Origin: Escherichia coli
GTDB lineage: Bacteria > Pseudomonadota > Gammaproteobacteria > Enterobacterales > Enterobacteriaceae
Strand: one strand, 5' to 3'
Length of the DNA: 64,000 nucleotides
Assembly (NCBI RefSeq): GCF_003018255.1
Contig: NZ_CP027440.1
Below the pieces are notes generated by a model, which saw only the letters and a list, made by a program, of their open reading frames with translations, ran no database searches and was not told the DNA's origin. The translations under genes were made by a program, and so were the position numbers. Shown piece by piece: positions 1 to 10,277 of this stretch (its first letter is position 1; each line of letters starts with the position of its first letter).

Positions 1-744
1 GGTAACCTGACAGCGAAAAAGATGATGGATCGCGCCATTGAACTGGCTGCCGATCACGGTATTGGTCTGGTGGCACTACGTAATGCCAACCACTGGATGC
101 GCGGCGGCAGCTACGGCTGGCAGGCGGCGGAAAAAGGCTATATTGGCATTTGCTGGACCAACTCCATCGCCGTAATGCCGCCGTGGGGCGCAAAAGAGTG
201 TCGCATCGGCACTAACCCGCTGATCGTCGCCATTCCTTCTACCCCAATCACCATGGTCGATATGTCGATGTCGATGTTCTCTTACGGCATGTTAGAAGTT
301 AACCGTCTGGCAGGCCGTCAGCTCCCGGTCGATGGTGGCTTTGATGATGAGGGCAATTTGACCAAAGAACCTGGCGTTATCGAGAAGAATCGCCGCATTT
401 TGCCGATGGGTTACTGGAAAGGTTCGGGCATGTCGATTGTGCTGGATATGATCGCCACTCTCCTTTCTGACGGCGCATCGGTTGCCGAAGTCACCCAGGA
501 CAACAGCGACGAATACGGCATTTCACAAATTTTTATTGCCATTGAAGTAGATAAGCTTATCGACGGCCCCACCCGCGATGCCAAACTGCAACGCATCATG
601 GATTACGTTACCACCGCTGAACGCGCTGACGAAAATCAGGCCATTCGCTTACCCGGCCACGAATTTACTACCCTGCTGGCCGAAAACCGCCGTAACGGTA
701 TTACCGTTGATGACAGCGTGTGGGCAAAAATCCAAGCGTTATAA
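1..744 (+). CDS. yiaK: 2,3-diketo-L-gulonate reductase, C-terminal part (5' end lies upstream of the window)
   Basis: ORF 22..744 stays open to position 1 in frame; translation matches the C-terminal region of YiaK (malate/L-lactate dehydrogenase-like family) as recalled; first gene of the yiaK-sgbE operon order. Confidence 0.8.
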   Translation, partial: GNLTAKKMMDRAIELAADHGIGLVALRNANHWMRGGSYGWQAAEKGYIGICWTNSIAVMPPWGAKECRIGTNPLIVAIPSTPITMVDMSMSMFSYGMLEVNRLAGRQLPVDGGFDDEGNLTKEPGVIEKNRRILPMGYWKGSGMSIVLDMIATLLSDGASVAEVTQDNSDEYGISQIFIAIEVDKLIDGPTRDAKLQRIMDYVTTAERADENQAIRLPGHEFTTLLAENRRNGITVDDSVWAKIQAL

Positions 745-752
745 GGAGATAA

Positions 753-1223
<471 letters not shown>

Positions 1224-1340
1224 TCGAATAATCGTCTACGCCAGAACGCCTGGGTAATGTTATTGCTCTAACTATATTAATAATTTAGGTTGCTGCACAT
1301 GCAACTTGAATTATGACAGACATAGCCTCAAGGAATAGCT

Positions 1341-1814
1341 ATGAAAAAAATACTTGAAGCAATACTGGCGATTAATCTCGCCGTACTTTCCTGTATTGTG
1401 TTTATAAACATTATTTTAAGATATGGTTTTCAGACAAGCATTTTATCTGTAGATGAATTGTCACGTTATTTATTTGTCTGGTTAACATTTATTGGCGCGA
1501 TTGTGGCTTTTATGGATAACGCCCACGTTCAGGTCACCTTTCTGGTGGAGAAACTCTCCCCCGCATGGCAGCGACGAGTCGCTCTGGTTACCCATTCCTT
1601 AATCTTATTTATTTGTGGCGCACTGGCCTGGGGCGCAACGCTAAAAACAATTCAGGACTGGAGCGATTATTCACCGATCCTCGGTTTGCCCATCGGCCTG
1701 ATGTATGCCGCTTGTCTGCCCACCAGCCTCGTTATCGCATTCTTTGAACTGCGTCATTTATATCAACTCATCACGCGTAGCAATTCTCTAACGTCGCCAC
1801 CGCAAGGAGCTTAA
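1341..1814 (+). CDS. yiaM: TRAP transporter small permease subunit
   Basis: 157-aa hydrophobic protein immediately upstream of the large permease; typical TRAP DctQ-like arrangement. Confidence 0.8.
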
Positions 1815-1816
1815 TC

Positions 1817-3094
1817 ATGGCTGTGCTGATTTTTCTGGGCTGTCTGTTGGGTGGTATTGCTATCGGTTTGCCTATTGCCTGGGCACTGTTGTTGTGCGGA
1901 GCGGCGTTAATGTTCTGGCTGGACATGTTTGATGTCCAGATCATGGCACAAACGCTGGTGAACGGAGCCGACAGCTTCTCCCTGCTGGCGATTCCGTTCT
2001 TTGTGCTGGCGGGTGAAATCATGAATGCGGGCGGCTTGTCAAAACGCATTGTTGACCTGCCGATGAAACTGGTGGGGCATAAACCTGGCGGGTTGGGCTA
2101 CGTCGGCGTGCTGGCGGCTATGATTATGGCGAGCCTTTCTGGTTCTGCTGTTGCTGATACCGCCGCCGTTGCCGCGCTATTAGTGCCGATGATGCGCAGC
2201 GCTAACTACCCGGTCAACCGGGCTGCGGGGCTGATTGCCTCTGGCGGCATTATCGCGCCAATTATTCCCCCTTCCATTCCGTTTATTATTTTCGGCGTTT
2301 CCAGCGGATTATCCATCAGTAAGCTGTTTATGGCGGGCATTGCCCCTGGCATGATGATGGGCGCAACGCTGATGCTTACCTGGTGGTGGCAGGCCAGTCG
2401 CCTTAATTTACCCCGCCAGCAAAAAGCAACGATGCAGGAAATCTGGCACTCTTTTGTCTCCGGTATCTGGGCGCTGTTTCTTCCAGTCATCATTATTGGC
2501 GGGTTTCGCTCCGGTCTGTTTACCCCTACCGAAGCCGGGGCCGTTGCTGCTTTCTATGCGCTGTTTGTCGCCACAGTTATTTACCGTGAAATGACCTTCG
2601 CCACACTTTGGCATGTGCTCATTGGCGCAGCGAAAACGACCTCAGTGGTGATGTTTCTGGTAGCCTCGGCACAAGTTTCCGCCTGGCTGATCACCATTGC
2701 TGAACTGCCGATGATGGTTTCTGATTTACTGCAACCGCTGGTCGATTCACCGCGTCTGCTGTTTATCGTCATTATGGTGGCTATCCTGATTGTCGGCATG
2801 GTCATGGATTTAACGCCGACGGTATTAATTCTTACCCCGGTATTAATGCCTTTAGTTAAAGAGGCAGGAATCGATCCGATTTATTTCGGTGTCATGTTTA
2901 TCATTAACTGCTCAATCGGCTTAATTACACCGCCTATCGGTAATGTGCTTAACGTTATTTCAGGGGTGGCAAAACTCAAATTCGATGATGCAGTCAGAGG
3001 CGTTTTCCCTTACGTCCTGGTTTTATATTCATTATTAGTCGTATTTGTTTTTATTCCCGATCTCATCATCCTCCCTTTGAAATGGATTAATTAA
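1817..3094 (+). CDS. yiaN: TRAP transporter large permease subunit
   Basis: 425-aa polytopic membrane protein (DctM-like), tightly coupled to yiaM. Confidence 0.85.
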   Translation: MAVLIFLGCLLGGIAIGLPIAWALLLCGAALMFWLDMFDVQIMAQTLVNGADSFSLLAIPFFVLAGEIMNAGGLSKRIVDLPMKLVGHKPGGLGYVGVLAAMIMASLSGSAVADTAAVAALLVPMMRSANYPVNRAAGLIASGGIIAPIIPPSIPFIIFGVSSGLSISKLFMAGIAPGMMMGATLMLTWWWQASRLNLPRQQKATMQEIWHSFVSGIWALFLPVIIIGGFRSGLFTPTEAGAVAAFYALFVATVIYREMTFATLWHVLIGAAKTTSVVMFLVASAQVSAWLITIAELPMMVSDLLQPLVDSPRLLFIVIMVAILIVGMVMDLTPTVLILTPVLMPLVKEAGIDPIYFGVMFIINCSIGLITPPIGNVLNVISGVAKLKFDDAVRGVFPYVLVLYSLLVVFVFIPDLIILPLKWIN

Positions 3095-3106
3095 AAGGAA
3101 AATATT

Positions 3107-4093
3107 ATGAAATTACGCTCTGTAACCTACGCATTATTCATTGCTGGCCTGGCTGCATTTAGTACATCTTCACTGGCGGCGCAATCTTTACGTTTCGGTT
3201 ATGAAACCTCACAAACCGACTCGCAACATATTGCGGCGAAAAAATTCAATGATTTATTGCAGGAGAGAACCAAAGGCGAGCTGAAATTAAAACTGTTCCC
3301 GGACAGTACTCTCGGTAACGCACAGGCGATGATCAGCGGCGTACGTGGCGGCACCATCGATATGGAAATGTCCGGCTCGAATAACTTTGCCGGGTTATCA
3401 CCAGTGATGAACTTGCTTGATGTCCCTTTCCTGTTCCGCGATACCGCTCACGCGCATAAAACGCTCGACGGCAAAGTCGGTGATGATCTGAAAGCCTCAC
3501 TTGAAGGTAAAGGACTAAAAGTACTGGCCTACTGGGAAAACGGCTGGCGCGATGTCACCAACTCGCGCGCACCGGTTAAAACCCCCGCCGACCTGAAAGG
3601 GCTGAAAATTCGCACCAACAATAGCCCGATGAATATCGCCGCATTCAAAGTCTTTGGCGCTAACCCGATCCCGATGCCGTTTGCCGAAGTCTATACCGGG
3701 CTGGAAACGCGCACTATCGACGCTCAGGAACACCCGATCAACGTCGTCTGGTCAGCAAAATTTTTCGAAGTACAGAAGTACCTTTCTCTGACGCACCACG
3801 CCTATTCGCCACTTCTGGTGGTGATCAACAAAGCGAAGTTTGATGGCTTAAGCCCGGAGTTCCAGCAGGCGCTAGTTTCATCTGCACAGGAAGCGGGTAA
3901 CTACCAGCGCAAACTGGTTGCCGAAGATCAGCAAAAAATCATCGACGGCATGAAAGAAGTGGGCGTGGAAGTCATCACCGATCTCGACCGCAAAGCCTTT
4001 AGCGACGCACTGGGTACTCAGGTCCGCGACATGTTTGTTAAAGATGTTCCGCAGGGCGCTGAGCTGCTGAAAGCCGTGGATGAGGTGCAATAA
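3107..4093 (+). CDS. yiaO: TRAP periplasmic solute-binding protein
   Basis: 328 aa with an N-terminal signal peptide (…AAFSTSSLAAQ); DctP-like; sits in the TRAP operon. Confidence 0.85.
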   Translation: MKLRSVTYALFIAGLAAFSTSSLAAQSLRFGYETSQTDSQHIAAKKFNDLLQERTKGELKLKLFPDSTLGNAQAMISGVRGGTIDMEMSGSNNFAGLSPVMNLLDVPFLFRDTAHAHKTLDGKVGDDLKASLEGKGLKVLAYWENGWRDVTNSRAPVKTPADLKGLKIRTNNSPMNIAAFKVFGANPIPMPFAEVYTGLETRTIDAQEHPINVVWSAKFFEVQKYLSLTHHAYSPLLVVINKAKFDGLSPEFQQALVSSAQEAGNYQRKLVAEDQQKIIDGMKEVGVEVITDLDRKAFSDALGTQVRDMFVKDVPQGAELLKAVDEVQ

Positions 4094-4096
4094 ACC

Positions 4097-5593
4097 ATGA
4101 CGCAATACTGGCTGGGGTTAGATTGTGGCGGTAGCTGGCTGAAAGCCGGGCTGTATGACCGCGAAGGCCGGGAGGCAGGCGTGCAGCGCCTGCCGCTGTG
4201 CGCATTAAGCCCGCAGCCAGGTTGGGCAGAGCGCGATATGGCAGAACTGTGGCAATGCTGCATGGCTGTCATTCGCGCCCTGCTTACTCATTCTGGTGTT
4301 AGCGGGGAACAAATTGTCGGTATCGGCATCTCCGCACAGGGAAAGGGCTTGTTTTTGCTGGATAAAAACGACAAGCCGCTCGGTAACGCCATTTTGTCCT
4401 CGGATCGCCGGGCGATGGAAATCGTTCGTCGCTGGCAGGAAGATGGCATCCCGGAAAAACTCTACCCGCTGACGCGACAAACCTTGTGGACCGGGCATCC
4501 GGTGTCGCTGTTACGCTGGCTGAAAGAGCACGAACCGGAACGCTACGCGCAAATTGGCTGCGTGATGATGACGCACGACTACCTGCGCTGGTGTTTAACC
4601 GGCGTCAAAGGTTGCGAAGAGAGCAATATTTCTGAGTCCAATCTCTACAACATGAGTCTTGGGGAATATGACCCGTGCCTCACCGACTGGCTGGGGATCG
4701 CTGAAATCAACCACGCCCTGCCACTTGTTGTCGGATCTGCCGAAATCTGCGGGGAGATCACCGCTCAGACAGCCGCACTGACCGGTCTGAAAGCGGGTAC
4801 GCCCGTTGTCGGCGGCCTGTTTGATGTGGTTTCCACCGCACTCTGCGCCGGGATCGAAGACGAATTTACCCTCAATGCGGTGATGGGCACCTGGGCGGTG
4901 ACCAGCGGCATAACCCGTGGTTTACGTGACGGTGAAGCGCATCCGTATGTCTATGGTCGCTACGTTAACGATGGTCAATTTATCGTTCATGAAGCAAGCC
5001 CCACCTCTTCCGGCAATCTCGAATGGTTTACCACACAGTGGGGAGAAATCTCGTTTGATGAGATCAACCAGGCCGTTGCCAGCTTGCCGAAGGCCGGGGG
5101 CGATCTCTTTTTCCTGCCGTTCCTGTACGGCAGCAACGCTGGACTCGAGATGACCAGCGGTTTCTACGGGATGCAGGCCATTCACACCCGCGTACACCTG
5201 TTGCAGGCCATTTATGAAGGCGTGGTGTTCAGCCATATGACCCATCTCAACCGGATGCGCGAACGTTTTACTGATGTGCACACCCTGCGCGTCACTGGCG
5301 GTCCGGCGCACTCCGATGTCTGGATGCAAATGCTGGCGGACGTCAGCGGTCTGCGTATCGAGCTGCCGCAGGTGGAAGAAACCGGCTGCTTTGGTGCGGC
5401 ACTTGCCGCCCGCGTCGGCACCGGAGTTTATCGCGATTTCAGCGAAGCCCAACGTGATTTACAGCACCCGGTACGCACCCTGCTGCCGGATATGACCGCC
5501 CATCAGCTTTACCAACAAAAATACCAACGTTATCAGCATCTCATTGCCGCACTTCAGGGCTTTCACGCCCGCATCAAGGAGCACACATTATGA
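4097..5593 (+). CDS. lyxK: L-xylulose/3-keto-L-gulonate kinase (FGGY carbohydrate kinase)
   Basis: 498 aa, FGGY-kinase-like N-terminus (LGLDCGGS…), position in the operon. Confidence 0.85.
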   Translation: MTQYWLGLDCGGSWLKAGLYDREGREAGVQRLPLCALSPQPGWAERDMAELWQCCMAVIRALLTHSGVSGEQIVGIGISAQGKGLFLLDKNDKPLGNAILSSDRRAMEIVRRWQEDGIPEKLYPLTRQTLWTGHPVSLLRWLKEHEPERYAQIGCVMMTHDYLRWCLTGVKGCEESNISESNLYNMSLGEYDPCLTDWLGIAEINHALPLVVGSAEICGEITAQTAALTGLKAGTPVVGGLFDVVSTALCAGIEDEFTLNAVMGTWAVTSGITRGLRDGEAHPYVYGRYVNDGQFIVHEASPTSSGNLEWFTTQWGEISFDEINQAVASLPKAGGDLFFLPFLYGSNAGLEMTSGFYGMQAIHTRVHLLQAIYEGVVFSHMTHLNRMRERFTDVHTLRVTGGPAHSDVWMQMLADVSGLRIELPQVEETGCFGAALAARVGTGVYRDFSEAQRDLQHPVRTLLPDMTAHQLYQQKYQRYQHLIAALQGFHARIKEHTL

Positions 5594-6252
5594 GCCGACC
5601 ACTTCTGCAACTGGCCCTCGACCACTCATCACTTGAAGACGCACAGCGCGACGTGACGCTGTTAAAAGACAGCGTCGATATCGTCGAAGCGGGCACCATT
5701 CTCTGTTTAAACGAAGGGCTTGGCGCAGTGAAAGCCTTGCGCGAACAGTGCCCGAACAAAATCATCGTCGCTGACTGGAAGGTCGCCGATGCCGGTGAAA
5801 CGCTCGCGCAACAGGCGTTTGGCGCAGGCGCTAACTGGATGACCATCATCTGCGCCGCACCGCTCGCGACGGTGGAAAAAGGCCACGCGATGGCGCAACG
5901 CTGCGGTGGTGAAATTCAGATCGAGTTGTTCGGTAACTGGACGCTGGACGACGCCCGCGACTGGCATCGTATTGGCGTGCGGCAGGCCATTTATCATCGC
6001 GGTCGCGACGCGCAGGCCAGCGGGCAACAGTGGGGCGAGGCCGATCTGGCACGCATGAAGGCGCTTTCCGATATCGGCCTTGAGCTTTCCATTACCGGCG
6101 GGATTACCCCTGCTGACCTGCCGCTGTTTAAAGATATTCGCGTGAAAGCGTTTATTGCCGGGCGAGCACTGGCAGGCGCAGCAAATCCGGTGCAGGTGGC
6201 TGGCGATTTCCATGCACAAATTGATGCCATCTGGGGAGGTGCGCGCGCGTAA
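5590..6252 (+). CDS. sgbH: 3-keto-L-gulonate-6-phosphate decarboxylase
   Basis: 220 aa, start overlaps the lyxK stop (ATGA); KGPDC/HPS-family-like sequence. Confidence 0.85.
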   Translation: MSRPLLQLALDHSSLEDAQRDVTLLKDSVDIVEAGTILCLNEGLGAVKALREQCPNKIIVADWKVADAGETLAQQAFGAGANWMTIICAAPLATVEKGHAMAQRCGGEIQIELFGNWTLDDARDWHRIGVRQAIYHRGRDAQASGQQWGEADLARMKALSDIGLELSITGGITPADLPLFKDIRVKAFIAGRALAGAANPVQVAGDFHAQIDAIWGGARA

Positions 6253-7105
6253 TCATCCGTTAGGGATTTATGAAAAAGCGCTGGCGAAAGATCTCTCCTG
6301 GCCGGAGCGGCTGGTGCTGGCAAAAAGCTGTGGCTTTGATTTTGTCGAAATGTCGGTGGATGAAACCGACGAACGGCTCTCACGTCTTGACTGGAGCGCC
6401 GCACAACGTGCTTCGCTGGTCACTGCGATGATCGAAACGGGTGTTGGGATCCCGTCGATGTGCCTGTCCGCACATCGTCGCTTTCCTTTTGGTAGCCGTG
6501 ACGAGGCAGTGCGCGAACGGGCGCGGGAAATCATGAGTAAAGCGATTCGCCTGGCGCGCGATCTCGGCATTCGCACCATCCAGCTGGCGGGCTACGACGT
6601 CTATTACGAAGACCACGACGAAGGCACCCGGCAACGTTTTGCTGAAGGGCTGGCGTGGACAGTCGAACAGGCGGCGGCATCACAAGTAATGCTGGCGGTG
6701 GAGATTATGGATACTGCGTTTATGAACTCCATCAGCAAATGGAAAAAGTGGGACGAGATGCTCGCCTCGCCGTGGTTCACCGTCTACCCGGACGTCGGCA
6801 ACCTCAGCGCCTGGGGCAATGATGTTCCCGCCGAACTGAAACTGGGCATTGACCGTATCGCCGCGATCCACCTGAAAGATACTCAACCAGTCACCGAGCA
6901 AAGCCCCGGACAGTTCCGTGATGTGCCGTTTGGCGAAGGCTGCGTCGATTTCGTTGGCATCTTCAAAACGCTGCATGAACTGAACTATCGCGGTTCTTTC
7001 CTGATTGAGATGTGGACCGAAAAAGCCAAAGAGCCGGTGCTGGAGATTATTCAGGCGCGGCGCTGGATTGAAGCGCGTATGCAGGAGGCAGGTTTTATAT
7101 GTTAG
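6239..7105 (+). CDS. sgbU: L-ribulose-5-phosphate 3-epimerase (xylose-isomerase-like TIM barrel)
   Basis: The ORF-track frame 6155..7105 contains …[12 protein letters not shown]…, matching SgbU/UlaE N-termini; the true start is probably a GTG near 6239 overlapping the sgbH end. Exact start uncertain. Confidence 0.8.
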   Translation: MRARNHPLGIYEKALAKDLSWPERLVLAKSCGFDFVEMSVDETDERLSRLDWSAAQRASLVTAMIETGVGIPSMCLSAHRRFPFGSRDEAVRERAREIMSKAIRLARDLGIRTIQLAGYDVYYEDHDEGTRQRFAEGLAWTVEQAAASQVMLAVEIMDTAFMNSISKWKKWDEMLASPWFTVYPDVGNLSAWGNDVPAELKLGIDRIAAIHLKDTQPVTEQSPGQFRDVPFGEGCVDFVGIFKTLHELNYRGSFLIEMWTEKAKEPVLEIIQARRWIEARMQEAGFIC

Positions 7106-7794
7106 AGCAACTGAAAGCCGACGTGCTGGCGGCAAATCTGGCACTTCCCGCTCACCATCTGGTGACGTTCACCTGGGGCAATGTCAGCGCGGTAGACGAA
7201 GCGCGGCAATGGATGGTAATCAAACCTTCCGGCGTCGAGTACGACGTGATGACCGCCGACGATATGGTGGTGGTTGAGATAGCCAGCGGTAAGGTGGTGG
7301 AAGGCAGCAAAAAGCCCTCGTCCGACACGCCAACGCATCTGGCGCTTTACCGTCGCTATGCCGAAATCGGTGGCATTGTGCATACCCACTCGCGCCACGC
7401 CACCATCTGGTCGCAGGCCGGGCTGGATCTCCCCGCCTGGGGCACCACGCACGCCGATTATTTCTATGGTGCCATCCCCTGCACGCGACAGATGACCGCA
7501 GAGGAGATTAACGGCGAATATGAATATCAGACCGGCGAAGTGATCATTGAAACTTTCGAAGAACGCGGCAGGAGTCCGGCACAAATCCCGGCGGTGCTGG
7601 TGCATTCTCACGGCCCGTTCGCCTGGGGAAAAAATGCCGCCGATGCGGTGCATAATGCCGTAGTGCTGGAAGAGTGCGCCTATATGGGCCTGTTCTCGCG
7701 CCAGCTTGCGCCGCAGCTCCCTGCGATGCAAAACGAACTGTTAGATAAGCACTACCTGCGTAAGCATGGGGCCAATGCCTATTACGGGCAGTAA
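7099..7794 (+). CDS. sgbE: L-ribulose-5-phosphate 4-epimerase (class II aldolase/adducin fold)
   Basis: 231 aa, AraD-like sequence, last gene of the operon. Confidence 0.85.
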   Translation: MLEQLKADVLAANLALPAHHLVTFTWGNVSAVDEARQWMVIKPSGVEYDVMTADDMVVVEIASGKVVEGSKKPSSDTPTHLALYRRYAEIGGIVHTHSRHATIWSQAGLDLPAWGTTHADYFYGAIPCTRQMTAEEINGEYEYQTGEVIIETFEERGRSPAQIPAVLVHSHGPFAWGKNAADAVHNAVVLEECAYMGLFSRQLAPQLPAMQNELLDKHYLRKHGANAYYGQ

Positions 7795-7825
7795 TCCCTC
7801 ACGCCGGGGCTTCATTGCCCCGGCA

Positions 7826-8641
7826 CTACGAATTGATATGTTCCTTGCTGTAACGTCGCTTCCACGCAGCTGGCGTTAAACCGGTGTGTTTGCGAAAAAT
7901 CTGTCGGAAATAGCCAACGTCATTAAACCCGCACAACGCAGCCACTTCAGTGAGCGATCGCGCTTCGCTAATTAACAGCTTTTCGGCTTCGCGCACTCGC
8001 TGGCGATGAATTGCTTCTGTTAACGTCAGATGAAACACCCGCCGGTAGACGCGCCCAAGATAATCGGCATTGCAGTACAGCTCGCGGGCTAAAAGCGCCG
8101 TAGAAAGCGGGCGATGATATTGCGTGCGAATCAGTTTCTGCGCTTTCCAGGCAAGCGTGGTACCTGCGGCATCGGCCTGTTCATCAAGACGCGCGTCACG
8201 GGTGAGCTGCTGCAAAATCAGCAGCACAATAAACTCCAGCGCCGGAGTGCGTTGATGCTTTTCCTGTTCGCTTAAGAACTGGCGAAACAGGGCCACCAGC
8301 GCCTGCGGATCGGCAACCTTCGTTTGTTGCGGCACGCTAAGATGAGTGAGCCAGCGCGGGTCGCTATCCGGCGCTTTAACCTCAAAATGCAGCCAGTAAA
8401 ATTTGAGATCGGCGGGAAAATCCTCTACCCCAACATGCTGTCGGTTCGGCCAGAGTAATAAACTCTCTCCCGCATCGACCAGAAATATCCGCTCTTCTTC
8501 CTGAATCGTTAATCGACCTTTTTCGACAAAGATAATTTCCCATGACTCCAGCCGCCTTGCCGGGTGCCTCCCTACGCCACGGGAAATAAATAATCCACCA
8601 TTTTGCACTTTAATCGGTAACGTCATGGATAATTCGAGCAT
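7826..8641 (-). CDS. AraC/XylS-family transcriptional regulator
   Basis: 271 aa; C-terminal AraC-type HTH region (…EAIHRQRVREAEKLLISEARSLTEVAALCGFNDVGYFRQIFRKHTGLTPAAWKRR), N-terminal cupin-like sensor; divergent from the symporter gene. Confidence 0.8.
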   Translation of the reverse strand: MLELSMTLPIKVQNGGLFISRGVGRHPARRLESWEIIFVEKGRLTIQEEERIFLVDAGESLLLWPNRQHVGVEDFPADLKFYWLHFEVKAPDSDPRWLTHLSVPQQTKVADPQALVALFRQFLSEQEKHQRTPALEFIVLLILQQLTRDARLDEQADAAGTTLAWKAQKLIRTQYHRPLSTALLARELYCNADYLGRVYRRVFHLTLTEAIHRQRVREAEKLLISEARSLTEVAALCGFNDVGYFRQIFRKHTGLTPAAWKRRYSKEHINS

Positions 8642-8866
8642 TGATATGTAATTTCCCGCTTATTCATTAATGATTAAACACATTACCTTTTGATTATTAA
8701 TCAAAAACATTAATTTCACCTGATCCATTTCACACTTTTAAATTCAGGTCGGAATCGTCACCTTTTTTTACTCTTTTCTCGCCTTGTTGATATTCCCGTT
8801 CACGGCAGAATTAATCAGGTCATTGCAATAAAACTAAAAATTGCTCCCTATTCACGAGGAATATCT

Positions 8867-10267
8867 ATGACCTCTACACCGATTACTGCCGCTGATATCG
8901 CTAAAGGTAAAATTGACGATGCGTTATCTGTACGGGAAAAAATAGGCTACGGCCTGGGTGACGCAGGCGGCACCGTAATAACTTGCCTGATCATGAACTT
9001 TCTCACCTTTTTCTACACCGACGTTTTTGGCTTAACTCCGGCGCTGGTCGGCACGCTGTTTATTGCACTGCGCGTGTTTGATGCCATCTCCGACCCGGTG
9101 ATGGGCGTCATTGCCGACCGGACGCAAAGTCGCTGGGGGCGCTTTCGTCCGTGGCAGTTATGGATTGCCATTCCCATCGGCATTATCGGCATCCTGACGT
9201 TCACCGTGCCAGATGCCAGCATGGGAGTAAAAATCGCCTGGGCGTTCGGTACTTACCTGCTCCTTTCAGTCGGTTATACCGCCATCAACGTACCGTACTG
9301 CGCGCTGATCAACACCATGACCACCCGCCACAATGAAGTGATCTCCTGCCAGTCCTGGCGATTCGTTCTCTGCGGCGTAGCGGGATTTCTGGTTTCGGTT
9401 GGCCTGCCGTGGATGGTGGATCTCTTCGGTCAGGGTAATGCCGCGCGCGGCTATCAACTGGGCGTCGGCGTGCTGTGCGCCATTGCCGTGGTGATGTTCC
9501 TGTGCTGTTTCTTCTGGGTTCGTGAACGGGTGCCACTCTCCACAATGGGGAAATTTACCCTGCGCGAACATCTTGCCGGGCTGCGGAACAACGACCAACT
9601 GCTGCTGATGCTGGTCATGTCTTTCCTGCTGATTAACGTCTTTAATATTCGCGGCGGTGGGTATATGTACTTCATTACCTACGTCTTACAAGGCAGTACG
9701 GGCTACACGTCGCTGTTCTTCACCATGGTCACCTTCGCCTCCATTATCGGCTCGGTGATTGTCAGCCCGTTAACGCGGCGTTTCGATACCGTCAAAATTT
9801 ACTACTACACCAACCTGCTCCTCGCTGCGCTGGCGGTGTTGATGTGGTTCCTGCCTTCTGGCCCGGCTTATCAAACGCTGTGGCTGGCGGTGATCCTCGG
9901 TAATGGCGTGATTCTTGGCTTCACATTGCCACTGCACTTCTCATTGATGGCCTTTGCCGATGACTACGGCGAGTGGAAAACCCGCGTACGTTCTTCCGGC
10001 ATGAACTTCGCCTTCAATCTGTTTTTCATCAAGCTGGCATGGGCCTCCAGCGCCGGGATCATCAGCCTGCTGTTTATTTTTGTCGCCTACCAGCCAGGCG
10101 TGGAAAACCAGACCACCAGTTCGCTTGGCGGGATCACGGCGATGGAAACATTACTGCCTGCGCTATTCCACCTGCTGCTGGCAGGGGCGATCCGCTTTTG
10201 CAAACTCAATAACCCTATGATGTCACGCATTGCTAGCGACCTGCGTCAGCGTCATGTACAGCCTTAA
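8867..10267 (+). CDS. GPH-family (MelB-like) glycoside-pentoside-hexuronide:cation symporter
   Basis: 466 aa, 12-TM-like; GPH signature [13 protein letters not shown] near the N-terminus; GAGGA RBS before the ATG. Confidence 0.8.
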   Translation: MTSTPITAADIAKGKIDDALSVREKIGYGLGDAGGTVITCLIMNFLTFFYTDVFGLTPALVGTLFIALRVFDAISDPVMGVIADRTQSRWGRFRPWQLWIAIPIGIIGILTFTVPDASMGVKIAWAFGTYLLLSVGYTAINVPYCALINTMTTRHNEVISCQSWRFVLCGVAGFLVSVGLPWMVDLFGQGNAARGYQLGVGVLCAIAVVMFLCCFFWVRERVPLSTMGKFTLREHLAGLRNNDQLLLMLVMSFLLINVFNIRGGGYMYFITYVLQGSTGYTSLFFTMVTFASIIGSVIVSPLTRRFDTVKIYYYTNLLLAALAVLMWFLPSGPAYQTLWLAVILGNGVILGFTLPLHFSLMAFADDYGEWKTRVRSSGMNFAFNLFFIKLAWASSAGIISLLFIFVAYQPGVENQTTSSLGGITAMETLLPALFHLLLAGAIRFCKLNNPMMSRIASDLRQRHVQP

Positions 10268-10277
10268 GGAGCACAAG

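Noticed and set aside
6155-6238. The 5' extension of the sgbU ORF (start at 6155) overlapping the end of sgbH
   Set aside because: The conserved SgbU/UlaE N-terminus (…[10 protein letters not shown]) begins near 6245; the extension lies inside sgbH and is most likely an artefact of the longest-ORF rule.
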